Part shown: in pieces, positions 9,635 to 18,542 of the stretch
Numbering within the stretch: position 1 is the stretch's first letter
Layout: every line of letters begins with the position of its first letter
Assembly: GCA_963708075.1 (NCBI GenBank)
Contig: OY970194.1
Coordinates: 3,968,001 to 4,032,000, forward strand
Direction: 5' to 3'
DNA: 64,000 bases
Origin: Sedimentisphaerales bacterium
GTDB taxonomy: Bacteria; Planctomycetota; Phycisphaerae; Sedimentisphaerales; Anaerobacaceae
Notes under the pieces: generated by a model
What the model was told of the DNA's origin: nothing
Databases searched by the model: none
What the model saw: only the letters and a program-made list of their open reading frames with translations
Made by a program: the position numbers and the translations under genes

Positions 9635-11442
9635 AGAACACCATGATCTGTATGGCAGCCGGGCTACTTCTCTGCTGCGCCACGGGCTTCAGCATGGACA
9701 AGCCCGTCAAGGTGACGTTTGAGGGCAAGGCCGCCGAGCACAAATGGTCTTTGAAAGAGTTGGACGCCCAGTTGCCCTCGGACTGGTCCGACTACAACTA
9801 CCTGGTAATGGAGATCAGGACGTCCACGCCGCAGCGTTTCTCCCTGTGGCTCCATACCACTAACGGCAAACGAAGGCTGATGCTCCAGCCCTTTGGCCAG
9901 AATGTCTGGCTGCGGGCCTCCATTCCGCTGCAATACCTCAAGGGCAGGGACCAGAAGGGAACGGACCTCGCTTCCGCCAGCAACCGGCGAACCAACTCGT
10001 TCTGGATGTCGGTGTGGGGACCGTTCGGCGATCTCAAGAATGTCGAGGCGATGAGCATGGCCATGGACTACCCGCTCAACAAGCCCACCCTGGAGATTCG
10101 GTCCGTCACTCTATCGAAGGAGGACGCGGGGTCTGAATTCATCGAGCAGGACAAACTGCCTGTGCTGGACGAATTCGGCCAGTGGGCCCACGCTAACTGG
10201 CCCCGCAAGATCAAGAGCCGCGAGCAGCTTCAGAAGGAACTGGCGGACGAGGAGAAGTCCTTTGGCCCCGGCGAATTCGGCTTCTGCAAGTATGGCGGTT
10301 ATGCCGGCACCAAGGCGGCGGCCACGGGCTTCTTCCGGGTCGAACAGATCGATGGCAGGTGGTGGTTCGTCGATCCAGACGGACATCTCTTTCTGTCCAC
10401 GGGCTCCAACGGCATGGGCGGCGTCAGATCAGGCAGAGGCGGCCCGCGGAATGCCGCATCTTCGGAGGCCGGTGCCCCGCCCGACCGGACCATCGCCCGC
10501 ATGGAGGCCTGGGGTCTGACCACGATCGGCAACTGGTCCTTCGTGACACCTGCGGAGAATCAACGAAAGGCCTACGTAGTAACCTTCCGCGGCCCGCGTA
10601 CACAGACCTCCTTTCTGGGAATGCAGGACGTGTACTCCGATGAGTTTGTCGCCAACGCCGATGCCGCCGCGAGCCAACAATGCGTCTCGCGCAAGGACGA
10701 CCCCTGGCTGCTGGGCTATTTCATCGGCAACGAGCCGCCCTGGCCGAATCGCGAGAGCGAGGTGGTCGATTTGTTCCTCAAAGGCCCCGACACCGCCACC
10801 CAGCGTAAGCTCAAGGAGTTCCTGGCCCAGGGCGATACGCCCAACCGACGCCGGGAATTCGTATACGCCATGTTCGAGCGATACCTCACGCTGGTCGGCC
10901 AGGCCATCAAGAAATACGACCCCAACCATCTGAATCTGGGCATCCGGTTCGGAGGCACGCCGCCGGAAGCCGTGATGCGCATGGCGAAGATGTTCGACGT
11001 GTGCAGCATCAACGTGTACGAGTACGAGCCGACCCGGCAGATGAAGAGAGTCTATGAAGTCACCGGTCGGCCGATCGTCATCGGTGAGTTCCACCTGGGC
11101 GTGCCGGCCGACGGCCTGGGCGCGGGCCTGGTCCAGACCGCCAATCAGGTCGAGCGGGGCAAGGGATACCGCTACTACATGGAGCAGGCCGCTGCCCTGC
11201 CGTGTTTTGTGGGCGCCCACTGGTTCTGCTGGCGGGACGAGCCGGTCCTGGGACGCATGGACGGGGAGAACTATAACATCGGGTTCGTGGATGCCACGGA
11301 CCGTCCGTACCCTGAACTCGTGGACGCCGCCAAAGCCACGCATAAGACGCTGCTCGACGTGCACTCCGGCAAGACGCCGCCGTTTGCGGAGCGTCCCAAG
11401 GCCTCGGAAGCCGGAACGCCGGAGTCGCCCTGGGGTAACTGA
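9631..11442 (+). CDS. GH50/agarase-like glycoside hydrolase
   Basis: DEFGQW, ATGFFRVEQIDGRWWFVDPDGH, LLGYFIGNE, IGEFH, GAHWF, DGENYNIG; ATGA overlap with the GH51 stop. Confidence 0.8.
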   Translation: MKNTMICMAAGLLLCCATGFSMDKPVKVTFEGKAAEHKWSLKELDAQLPSDWSDYNYLVMEIRTSTPQRFSLWLHTTNGKRRLMLQPFGQNVWLRASIPLQYLKGRDQKGTDLASASNRRTNSFWMSVWGPFGDLKNVEAMSMAMDYPLNKPTLEIRSVTLSKEDAGSEFIEQDKLPVLDEFGQWAHANWPRKIKSREQLQKELADEEKSFGPGEFGFCKYGGYAGTKAAATGFFRVEQIDGRWWFVDPDGHLFLSTGSNGMGGVRSGRGGPRNAASSEAGAPPDRTIARMEAWGLTTIGNWSFVTPAENQRKAYVVTFRGPRTQTSFLGMQDVYSDEFVANADAAASQQCVSRKDDPWLLGYFIGNEPPWPNRESEVVDLFLKGPDTATQRKLKEFLAQGDTPNRRREFVYAMFERYLTLVGQAIKKYDPNHLNLGIRFGGTPPEAVMRMAKMFDVCSINVYEYEPTRQMKRVYEVTGRPIVIGEFHLGVPADGLGAGLVQTANQVERGKGYRYYMEQAAALPCFVGAHWFCWRDEPVLGRMDGENYNIGFVDATDRPYPELVDAAKATHKTLLDVHSGKTPPFAERPKASEAGTPESPWGN

Positions 11443-11501
11443 GCCATGAGCCATGCGCGAACCGGAGGCTGTCTTCGTCACGTGTTCCGTCCAGGGATTC
11501 A

Positions 11502-12809
11502 TCAGCGGCCGATACAGTACAGGTTCTCTGCGGTTCGTATGAACAGGCGGCCGTTGGCGACGGCAATAGACGATTTGATTTCCGGCTCGCCCATGGCCGT
11601 CTCGAAAAGGACCTTGAACTCGTCGCCGCCGGCCTGGAGCACGACGACGTGGCCGTCCTCATTGATGCAGTAGAGCTTGCCGTCGCCGGCCGTCGGCGAC
11701 GCCCACCATGGTCGGCTCCCGGGCAGCTTGCCCTGCCAGAACTGCTTGCCCGTTCGCGGCTCGAGGCAGGTGACGACCTTGCGCCTGAGGCCGTCCAGCA
11801 CGTAGAGCCGCCCGTCATAGAACAGGGGTGTACTGCAGTCCGGCGCCGCCTCGTCAAAGTCCCACAGAATCCGCCCGCCCCGGCCATCGCGTGTGGGTGG
11901 CTCGAGAGCGAAGACCCCTTTGTGCTTGTGACGAGTGCCAAAGATCAGTCCATCGCCGGTCACCAGCGTAGGAATGATGCGGGAGTCACGAACCTTGTCG
12001 GTCCAGTACTCGAACCGCCAGAGTTCTTTGCCCGTCTGCGGATCGTGCAAGGTAATGAAATCGCCGCCTGTCGTGAGCAGCTCGGCCTTGCCGTCCCGAA
12101 CGAATGGGATCGGTGTCATGTAGGTCTCCATGCCCTCGTCGAAAGCGTCCGTCTTTCGGGGCTGCCTCCATAGCGTCTGCCCGGTAGCCGGGTCCACGGC
12201 CAGAATGAACGAGTCGAGGGGGCCGGCCGCACCAGGATTCTCGCCCCGGTATGGGGTATCGCGTCGAAAGACCACCACGTACAGCTTGCCCTCGTAGAGC
12301 AGCGGACTATTGCTGTACCCGAATTGCAGGGCCAGGTTGCCGTACTCCTTTTCGATGTTGCGGGACCAGAGCTCCTTGCCCTCGACATCGAAGCCGATCA
12401 GCGTACCGTCGCCGTACAGGAAGAATACACGCGTTCCGTCCGTCGCGGGAGACGGCGACGCCATGTTGTTTCGCGGGAATCGGCGGGCATCGGAGCCCAC
12501 CTGCCGCCGCCACAGCGGCTTACCGGCCACCGCATCAAAGCACAGCGCCACAAATTCACCCGTTCCTTTGATCATCGAGGTCACGAACACTCGGCCGCCG
12601 GCGATGACGGGCGTGGCCCCGCTCGGCCCCGGCAGCGGACTGACCCAGGCAATCCCTCTCTCCTTGCTCCAGGAGGCCGGCAGGTCTTTAACGTCCGTGG
12701 AACCGTTGAAGAACGGCCCCCTCCATTGCGGCCAATCCATCGCCACGCCCGAAATGGCAAGCCACAAAACCAAGACAATCATCAATGCCAAGCGGTTCAG
12801 ATTCATCAT
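11502..12809 (-). CDS. PQQ-binding-like beta-propeller protein (BamB-like planctomycete family)
   Basis: Signal peptide, DWPQWRGP, ASPSPATDG, SNSPLL, ASPTAGDGKLY, LYCIG. Confidence 0.9.
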   Translation of the reverse strand: MMNLNRLALMIVLVLWLAISGVAMDWPQWRGPFFNGSTDVKDLPASWSKERGIAWVSPLPGPSGATPVIAGGRVFVTSMIKGTGEFVALCFDAVAGKPLWRRQVGSDARRFPRNNMASPSPATDGTRVFFLYGDGTLIGFDVEGKELWSRNIEKEYGNLALQFGYSNSPLLYEGKLYVVVFRRDTPYRGENPGAAGPLDSFILAVDPATGQTLWRQPRKTDAFDEGMETYMTPIPFVRDGKAELLTTGGDFITLHDPQTGKELWRFEYWTDKVRDSRIIPTLVTGDGLIFGTRHKHKGVFALEPPTRDGRGGRILWDFDEAAPDCSTPLFYDGRLYVLDGLRRKVVTCLEPRTGKQFWQGKLPGSRPWWASPTAGDGKLYCINEDGHVVVLQAGGDEFKVLFETAMGEPEIKSSIAVANGRLFIRTAENLYCIGR

Positions 12810-12811
12810 TG

Positions 12812-14015
12812 TTACATGCTCAAAGGATGCTTGCGGTTCTCAATCGGAAATCGGACAGGCGCGTTGAGCCTGTTCGATTCATATACGGCCAGGATCATTC
12901 CCAGTGCCGCACGCCCATCGTACATACTGCCTTTCGGCTGAGTATCGGTTCTCGATGGCCCGGATCAGATCGAGTGCGATGAGACGATTGCCGTATGCGT
13001 GGCTGGGATCGCTGAGAGGCTCCGGCTTGTCAACACCGTCACTGGAGATACGCTTCCACTGTGCCTTGCTGCGCCCCGGCTGCCAGGATGGATCCTCCAC
13101 AAACCAGGTCTCAGGCACGGCGCCCATGGTCGTCGTGAGGATTCCCTTGCTCCCGTAGATCTGAAGGCCATATCGGCTGGAGGCGCCATGCCGGGCACGA
13201 TGCGTAGAGAAATAGCCCGTTGTCGTTGCATCGAAACGATACATGGCGTGAATCTCATCTCCGGCAAGACAACCTATCCCCTCCGCCCCATCGCGAACAT
13301 CGCTTCTTGTGACAGGATGTCCATCGGTCCTCACCTGCGCAAAGCACCATTGTGGGCTGCCCGCGAGCAATCGCATCAGATCCATGACGTGGGTGCCGAG
13401 CACCATGAGGTCCTCCCCGCCGCCGCGACGGTCCTCTTTGCCCCGGCCCCGCAGCTCAAGGATATCCCCCAGCTCCCCTTCTGCAATCATCTTCTGCGCA
13501 TGGGCCAGCGCCGGGCTGTGGCGCGTCTGATGGGCAATGGCCAGCTTCAGGTTCCGTTTCTCAAGAGCGGCAATCATCTCGTCTGCCTGTTCGAGCGTCT
13601 GACACATCGGCTTCTCAAGAAAGACGTGGCAACCCGACTCCGCACAAGCAAGCACCATGTCACGATGGCAGTCCAGCCAGCGAGGGGCTACGCTCACGAT
13701 CTTCGGCCGCTCCTTCTCCAGCATTTGACGGTAGTCGGCGTAGCTTTTCGGTGCACGGAGCCGCTGGGCCGCCGCCGCACAGCCTTTCGGATCCGGGTCG
13801 GCCACCGCCACCACTTCAACCTGCTCGACATCGTTCCATACGACGTCCAGTCCGTGGCCGTAGTCCCCCTGGCCCGTCCTGCCGATGACCGCGACGCGGT
13901 ATCTCGCGGCTTCGCTCTGGGTGCTGCCCTTTCGGCTCCCGGACAATGCGGTCAGCCCGAATGCGGTAGCCGCGATGAAATCTCGCCGTCTCATGTGATG
14001 TCTCCTATCCGACAA
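12812..14015 (-). CDS. Tat-exported Gfo/Idh/MocA oxidoreductase with a 1-bp frameshift near 12950
   Basis: RRRDF Tat motif, VFLEKP; after AIE the shifted frame gives TDTQPKGSMYDGRAALGMILAVYES..RKHPLSM* ending at 12812, adjacent to the next start. Confidence 0.85.
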
Positions 14016-14109
14016 GCCGTGTGTATCATCCCCCAGGAAGACCCTTCTCCTGCCAACATAGTTGCCGAGATTGCAGTAAACAGATGCAGGGGGCAGATCT
14101 GCATCCGGA

Positions 14110-14271
14110 TCATACTCCCTTCGGCACGGCCCAATGGCCGGCGCGATACTCCCGGCGCACGAAACCGTTGGCGCCGGCAGCCCGACACGTGCGAGGCAAG
14201 CCGGCCAGCGCCATGGCGGTCGCCAATGTCCCCGACTGCCTCAGGAGGTTTCTGCGACTGAGCTCTTTCAT
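14110..14271 (-). pseudogene. 53-codon remnant: Tat signal peptide joined directly to a Gfo/Idh/MocA-type C-terminal tail
   Basis: MKELSRRNLLRQSGTLATAMALAGLPRTCRAAGAN|GFVRREYRAGHWAVPKGV*. Confidence 0.6.
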
Positions 14272-14373
14272 AGGGAGCATTGTCCCGGAATCAGCTTAGG
14301 AATGCAAGCCTCCTCTGCGGTTGTTGATCCCGCCCTGGAACACTCTGCTATCTTCGCCCGAAAGGCTACGGCT

Positions 14374-14808
14374 TCAAATGGTCGGGGCGGCCTCGCCCAA
14401 GTGAATCGACTGGATGTCCCCCGGAGCGATTTCGACGTACTTGTAGTTGCCGGAAGTGGGATAGGCCGCACGGATTCTGACGGCGCCGGGCGAGACATCG
14501 GTGAGCTCCCCGGTGTAGAGTGTTGTCGATCCCATGATGCGCACCATGCCAAGAGGCGGCGGTGGAGGAGGAATAGGTATGCTGCGGGCCACCACGACGC
14601 ACCGTTTGCCGACGTGTGCCTTCGCCAGCCTGTCGAAACTGACCGGCTGCATCCCGCGCGTCAGGGCATCCCTCACCTTGGCAATCTCCGCACCGCTCGG
14701 TCCAATCACTTGCGGCGCAGGCCCGCTCTCTTTCCTTTTGCAGCCGGATATGGCCAGTAGAATTGCCGCTGCGGTAATCCAGTAACCCAGGTTCCTTGCG
14801 CTCATCAT
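14374..14808 (-). CDS. Hypothetical lipoprotein with poly-Pro segment
   Basis: AAGGAG RBS, LAISG-C lipobox, PIPPPPPP. Confidence 0.65.
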   Translation of the reverse strand: MMSARNLGYWITAAAILLAISGCKRKESGPAPQVIGPSGAEIAKVRDALTRGMQPVSFDRLAKAHVGKRCVVVARSIPIPPPPPPLGMVRIMGSTTLYTGELTDVSPGAVRIRAAYPTSGNYKYVEIAPGDIQSIHLGEAAPTI

Positions 14809-14869
14809 GCAGCTCCTTCTGCGTGCCGGCTTCCCAGCAAGCATGTCTCGGCAGGTCAAGACTCCGCGC

Positions 14870-15634
14870 TCATGTACCGTCTTTCACGCCGGTATACCAG
14901 TAGGCGGGAACGTCTTCGCCGGTCGTCTTCTTGATGCCGCTGACATGCCCATCGAGCCAGCAGGTGTTCGAAACACCCATGTGGCGGAAGCACTCCCCCA
15001 CAGTGTCATAGCCCGGCCAATAGGTGTCAACAAAGCCCTCCCCGCCTTCTCGTGCTGGACGCCATTGTCGAAGGTTGATCCTGGCGCCCGGGCCGATACA
15101 GAACATGTCGGAACTGATATTATCCAGCTTCTGTTCAATATGATCCTGAAAGGCGATGACCTCATCGTGCTTCTTGAAGTCGTGGTCGATCTTCTTGCCG
15201 GTAATATATCCGTTGATGCCGTAGGAGCAGTACCTGAAGTACGGCTGGTAGGCGATCCCCCAACCGCGCTCCGGCCAGTCATCCGTCCGCCGGGTGCCGG
15301 GGCATCGGAAGATTCTCTTGTCCTTCGCATAAGGGTAGTAGGCAATGCCCCAGTAGGCAAAGCTGTCGTTGGGGGCAAACGGCTTGACGATGGCCGCACC
15401 TTCGTAGGCGTTGTCCCACAAGCCCTCATTTGGAGAGTTGTGCGTCTTGCCGTCATAATCGTCGACGTACATCCGCAGCGAGACTCCGAGCCCCTTCGTG
15501 TGGGCCGAGCAGACGATCTTCTGGGCCTGCTGTCTGGCCCTGGCCAGCGACGGCAACAGGATTCCCATCAGCAGGGCGATGATGGCGATAACGACCAGCA
15601 ACTCGATCAGCGTGAACGCATCCTGCTTTCTCAT
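14870..15634 (-). CDS. Prepilin-type N-terminal cleavage/methylation protein with H-X9-DG motif, copy 2
   Basis: [46 protein letters not shown]. Confidence 0.92.
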   Translation of the reverse strand: MRKQDAFTLIELLVVIAIIALLMGILLPSLARARQQAQKIVCSAHTKGLGVSLRMYVDDYDGKTHNSPNEGLWDNAYEGAAIVKPFAPNDSFAYWGIAYYPYAKDKRIFRCPGTRRTDDWPERGWGIAYQPYFRYCSYGINGYITGKKIDHDFKKHDEVIAFQDHIEQKLDNISSDMFCIGPGARINLRQWRPAREGGEGFVDTYWPGYDTVGECFRHMGVSNTCWLDGHVSGIKKTTGEDVPAYWYTGVKDGT

Positions 15635-15699
15635 TGTGCAGTCCTCGATTGTCGCTCGTCGGCCGTTGAAGCCACTGCCGCGGCCGCGCGACATTCGCG

Positions 15700-15744
15700 G
15701 CCGGGCGCTCAACCCACGTATATTGCACAGGTTGAGCGCCCGGC
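15700..15744. terminator. Perfect 15-bp inverted-repeat hairpin
   Basis: GCCGGGCGCTCAACC / GGTTGAGCGCCCGGC. Confidence 0.55.
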
Positions 15745-15803
15745 TTCAGTTCTCAAAACTGGCTGTCACCGCCCTCCGGTCACGGCAGACCGGGCGGCCG
15801 TAC

Positions 15804-16172
15804 CTATTTGCCGAACGCACCGACAACCTCAATGTTGTCGATGGCCCACCACCAGTTGTTGTCGGCATCAGTCACGCCGAATGTGACGATCATGATCTGG
15901 GCCCCTGCCGGGTTGTTCAGGTTCACGGTCACTTCTTCATTGGTGGCATCGGTCTTGAATGCGGTCGGATTGGTGCCTTCAGACTCCCACAGCATGACCA
16001 CGACCGGCTGTCCACCGTTATACTGAACGGTAATACTGGCGGTTTGCGTGGCCTCCTGGCGCCAGCTCGAATCGAAAATGAGCTGGAGCGAGCCTGCTTC
16101 AGCCCCGGCGATGCTGATCGGCGGCGTGCTGAGGAAGGCGTTGTAGGACCCGTCCGGGTGGTCCTTATCGTC
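15804..16172 (-). pseudogene. Orphan C-terminal extracellular domain (..FDSSWR..NNWWWAIDNIEV) with no start of its own
   Basis: Coding-like frame begins abruptly at the GH35 break point. Confidence 0.55.
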
Positions 16173-18303
16173 CTTCGCTGACTCGTTCTTCGCTGTCCAC
16201 GTAGGCGATGGTCCAGACGGTGTGCGGGATGGGCTTGTCATCTGCGTCAAGCAGATCGAGTTCCGCCACCGCCGCGAACGGCTTGCCATCCACGGCGCTA
16301 AGGGTTTCCAGGCAGAACTGGCGGCCCTGGGCGGGCTTGGCGAATCGCACCTCCTGTGCGGCAGGGCCAGGTGCGAACGTGCCGACGTGGACCGGCTGCA
16401 CGCCCTCCATCATCAGGACGGCTTGCTGGACCTTTCGAGTGAAATCAAGTTGTGGCCGGAGCTGATCCAGAACCGGTTTCACTAGACCGGTCAGGACCGG
16501 CTCTTGAGGGCCGAGCAGATCAAGGACGATTACCTCGTTGCGACCTTGTTTGAGCCACGGACCCGGCACGTACATAGTCTGCGTCGGTCCGATGTTCCAG
16601 AACCGGCCCATGCACCGGCCGTTGACCCACAGTACGCCCTTGCCCCACGTGCTCACGTCGAGGAAGGTGTCCGCGGGTTTGGCCAGATCGAATTCGCCCC
16701 GCCAGAATGCAGGCCCGCCCGCCTTGCCCGTCTTCCATTGCAGGCTCGCGAGCATGGGCTCATCCAGGGGCAGACGATATACCTGCCACGCGCCGGGTTC
16801 TACGGTGTCGCCGGCCGCGGTCTTGAGGGTCACCGGGCCGTGCAGACCTTTGCGGTCGTGCACCTCGGGGCCGAAGTTGATGTGGCCCATGGCCTCGATC
16901 AGGATGTCCAGGCGAGCCGCCGCCTGATGCTGCGGGATTTGCACCCGGTATTGGCGCGAGCGCCGGTCCATGGTCCCGAGGAGCTTGCCATCCAGAAAGA
17001 CCCAGGCGAAGTCACGGGCCTCCTTGGCACTGAGCTGCGCCTCGGGTCCGGCGGGCAGGATCGTGCGATACAGGATGCAGCCGCGACCCTGGTCGTAGGC
17101 CTCCATGTTGCGCGGGGCCTTGTCCTCGACGGGCGACGGCAGGTCGTCGAAGATCGCGGCGGACTGGCCGAGCTCGAAGCGGGGGATCGTTGTCACCGGA
17201 TTGGCAGCCGGTGGCTCAGGGAGCGTCTCGCCGGGCAGCAGGTGCTTCGCCATCAGCTCGCGAGTGAGCTTGAACTTCTCGCCGACCCATTCGGCCTCAC
17301 TGATGGGCGCGTCGTAGTCGTAGCTGGAGGTGTCTGGCTTAAAGGGCCGGTCGGCGCCGGACCAGAGGCCGAAGGTCGTACCGCCGTGAGCCATGTAGAT
17401 ACTGAACGATGCATTGTTCTCAAGCATGTACTCCAGGTCCGCCAGATACTGTGGCGTGTTGCCCAGGTGGTGTGGGAAGCCCCAGGTGTCGAACCACCCC
17501 GGATAGAATTCGCCGCACATCAGCGGGCCCTTGGGCTGGATTTCCCGCAACGCCTTGAACCCGCCTGTGGGGTCCTTGCCGAAGTTGACGACGTTGAACA
17601 GGTCGTCGCGCAGGCCCTTGCGAAGAGCATACGGCGGATTGCAGGCGAACAGCGGGACATCGAACCCCGCGTCCAGCAGAGCCTGACGCATCTCGCCCAT
17701 GTACCGGACATCATCGCCATAGAAGCCGTACTCGTTCTCGACCTGGACCATGAGGATGGGACCGCCCCGCGTGACCTGCATGGGTCCCAGCACACGACCG
17801 ACCTCCTTGAGCCAGCCGCGGCCGGCCGCCAGGAAGTCCGGGTCCCGGGTCCGTAACCGGATGCCGTCCTTTTTGAGCAGCCACCACGGCAGGCCGCCCA
17901 TCTCCCACTCGGCGCAGGCGTAGGGGCCGGGCCGCAGAATCACCCACAGGCCTTCCTGCTGCGCGAGCCGGCAGAACTCCGCCGCGTCCGCCCGGCCGGA
18001 CCAGTCGAATCGTCCCTGATCCCACTCGTGGAAGTTCCAGAACAAGTACGCGCACACGGTGTTCAGGCCCATCGCCTTGCACAGCCGCAGCCGATGTCCC
18101 CAATACTCCCTCGGCACGCGAGCGAAGTGTATCTCCCCGCAACGAATCTGCAGCCGTTGCCCGTCCAGCAGGAAGTCCTGCTCCCCGATGGCAAAGCGGT
18201 GTGTCACCTGCCCCGATGCCGCCGTGGCCCAAAGAGCGATACCACCCCCAACCACCAACCCAATCAAGCTCCGACGCAACCCACCGAGGCACTTCATAGT
18301 CAT
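16165..18303 (-). CDS. Beta-galactosidase GH35, truncated inside its C-terminal accessory domain
   Basis: GEIHFARVP, LRPGPYACAEWEMGG, VQVENEYG, GEFYPGWF, YMAHGGT, SYDYDAP, GPTQTMYVP. Confidence 0.92.
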   Translation of the reverse strand: MTMKCLGGLRRSLIGLVVGGGIALWATAASGQVTHRFAIGEQDFLLDGQRLQIRCGEIHFARVPREYWGHRLRLCKAMGLNTVCAYLFWNFHEWDQGRFDWSGRADAAEFCRLAQQEGLWVILRPGPYACAEWEMGGLPWWLLKKDGIRLRTRDPDFLAAGRGWLKEVGRVLGPMQVTRGGPILMVQVENEYGFYGDDVRYMGEMRQALLDAGFDVPLFACNPPYALRKGLRDDLFNVVNFGKDPTGGFKALREIQPKGPLMCGEFYPGWFDTWGFPHHLGNTPQYLADLEYMLENNASFSIYMAHGGTTFGLWSGADRPFKPDTSSYDYDAPISEAEWVGEKFKLTRELMAKHLLPGETLPEPPAANPVTTIPRFELGQSAAIFDDLPSPVEDKAPRNMEAYDQGRGCILYRTILPAGPEAQLSAKEARDFAWVFLDGKLLGTMDRRSRQYRVQIPQHQAAARLDILIEAMGHINFGPEVHDRKGLHGPVTLKTAAGDTVEPGAWQVYRLPLDEPMLASLQWKTGKAGGPAFWRGEFDLAKPADTFLDVSTWGKGVLWVNGRCMGRFWNIGPTQTMYVPGPWLKQGRNEVIVLDLLGPQEPVLTGLVKPVLDQLRPQLDFTRKVQQAVLMMEGVQPVHVGTFAPGPAAQEVRFAKPAQGRQFCLETLSAVDGKPFAAVAELDLLDADDKPIPHTVWTIAYVDSEERVSEGR

Positions 18304-18542
18304 GTAAACTCCTGCGTTCCGGCTGATCTGCCATGGTCTCTCGATTCGGCGCAGACCGATCTTCGCATGGCATTATATCGGGACCCGCGGGGACCGCCAA
18401 CCCTTTGACGCCTGGGCGAACCAAAGCTGTCAGGTACGAATGGTTGATCTTCAGGGTATTCGATTCGGAGTTCCCTGGTCGTCCCAGGCAGGGTGCTGAG
18501 CGACCCTCGCTCCGTCGATACTCATTCCCGAAGACTGACCGC

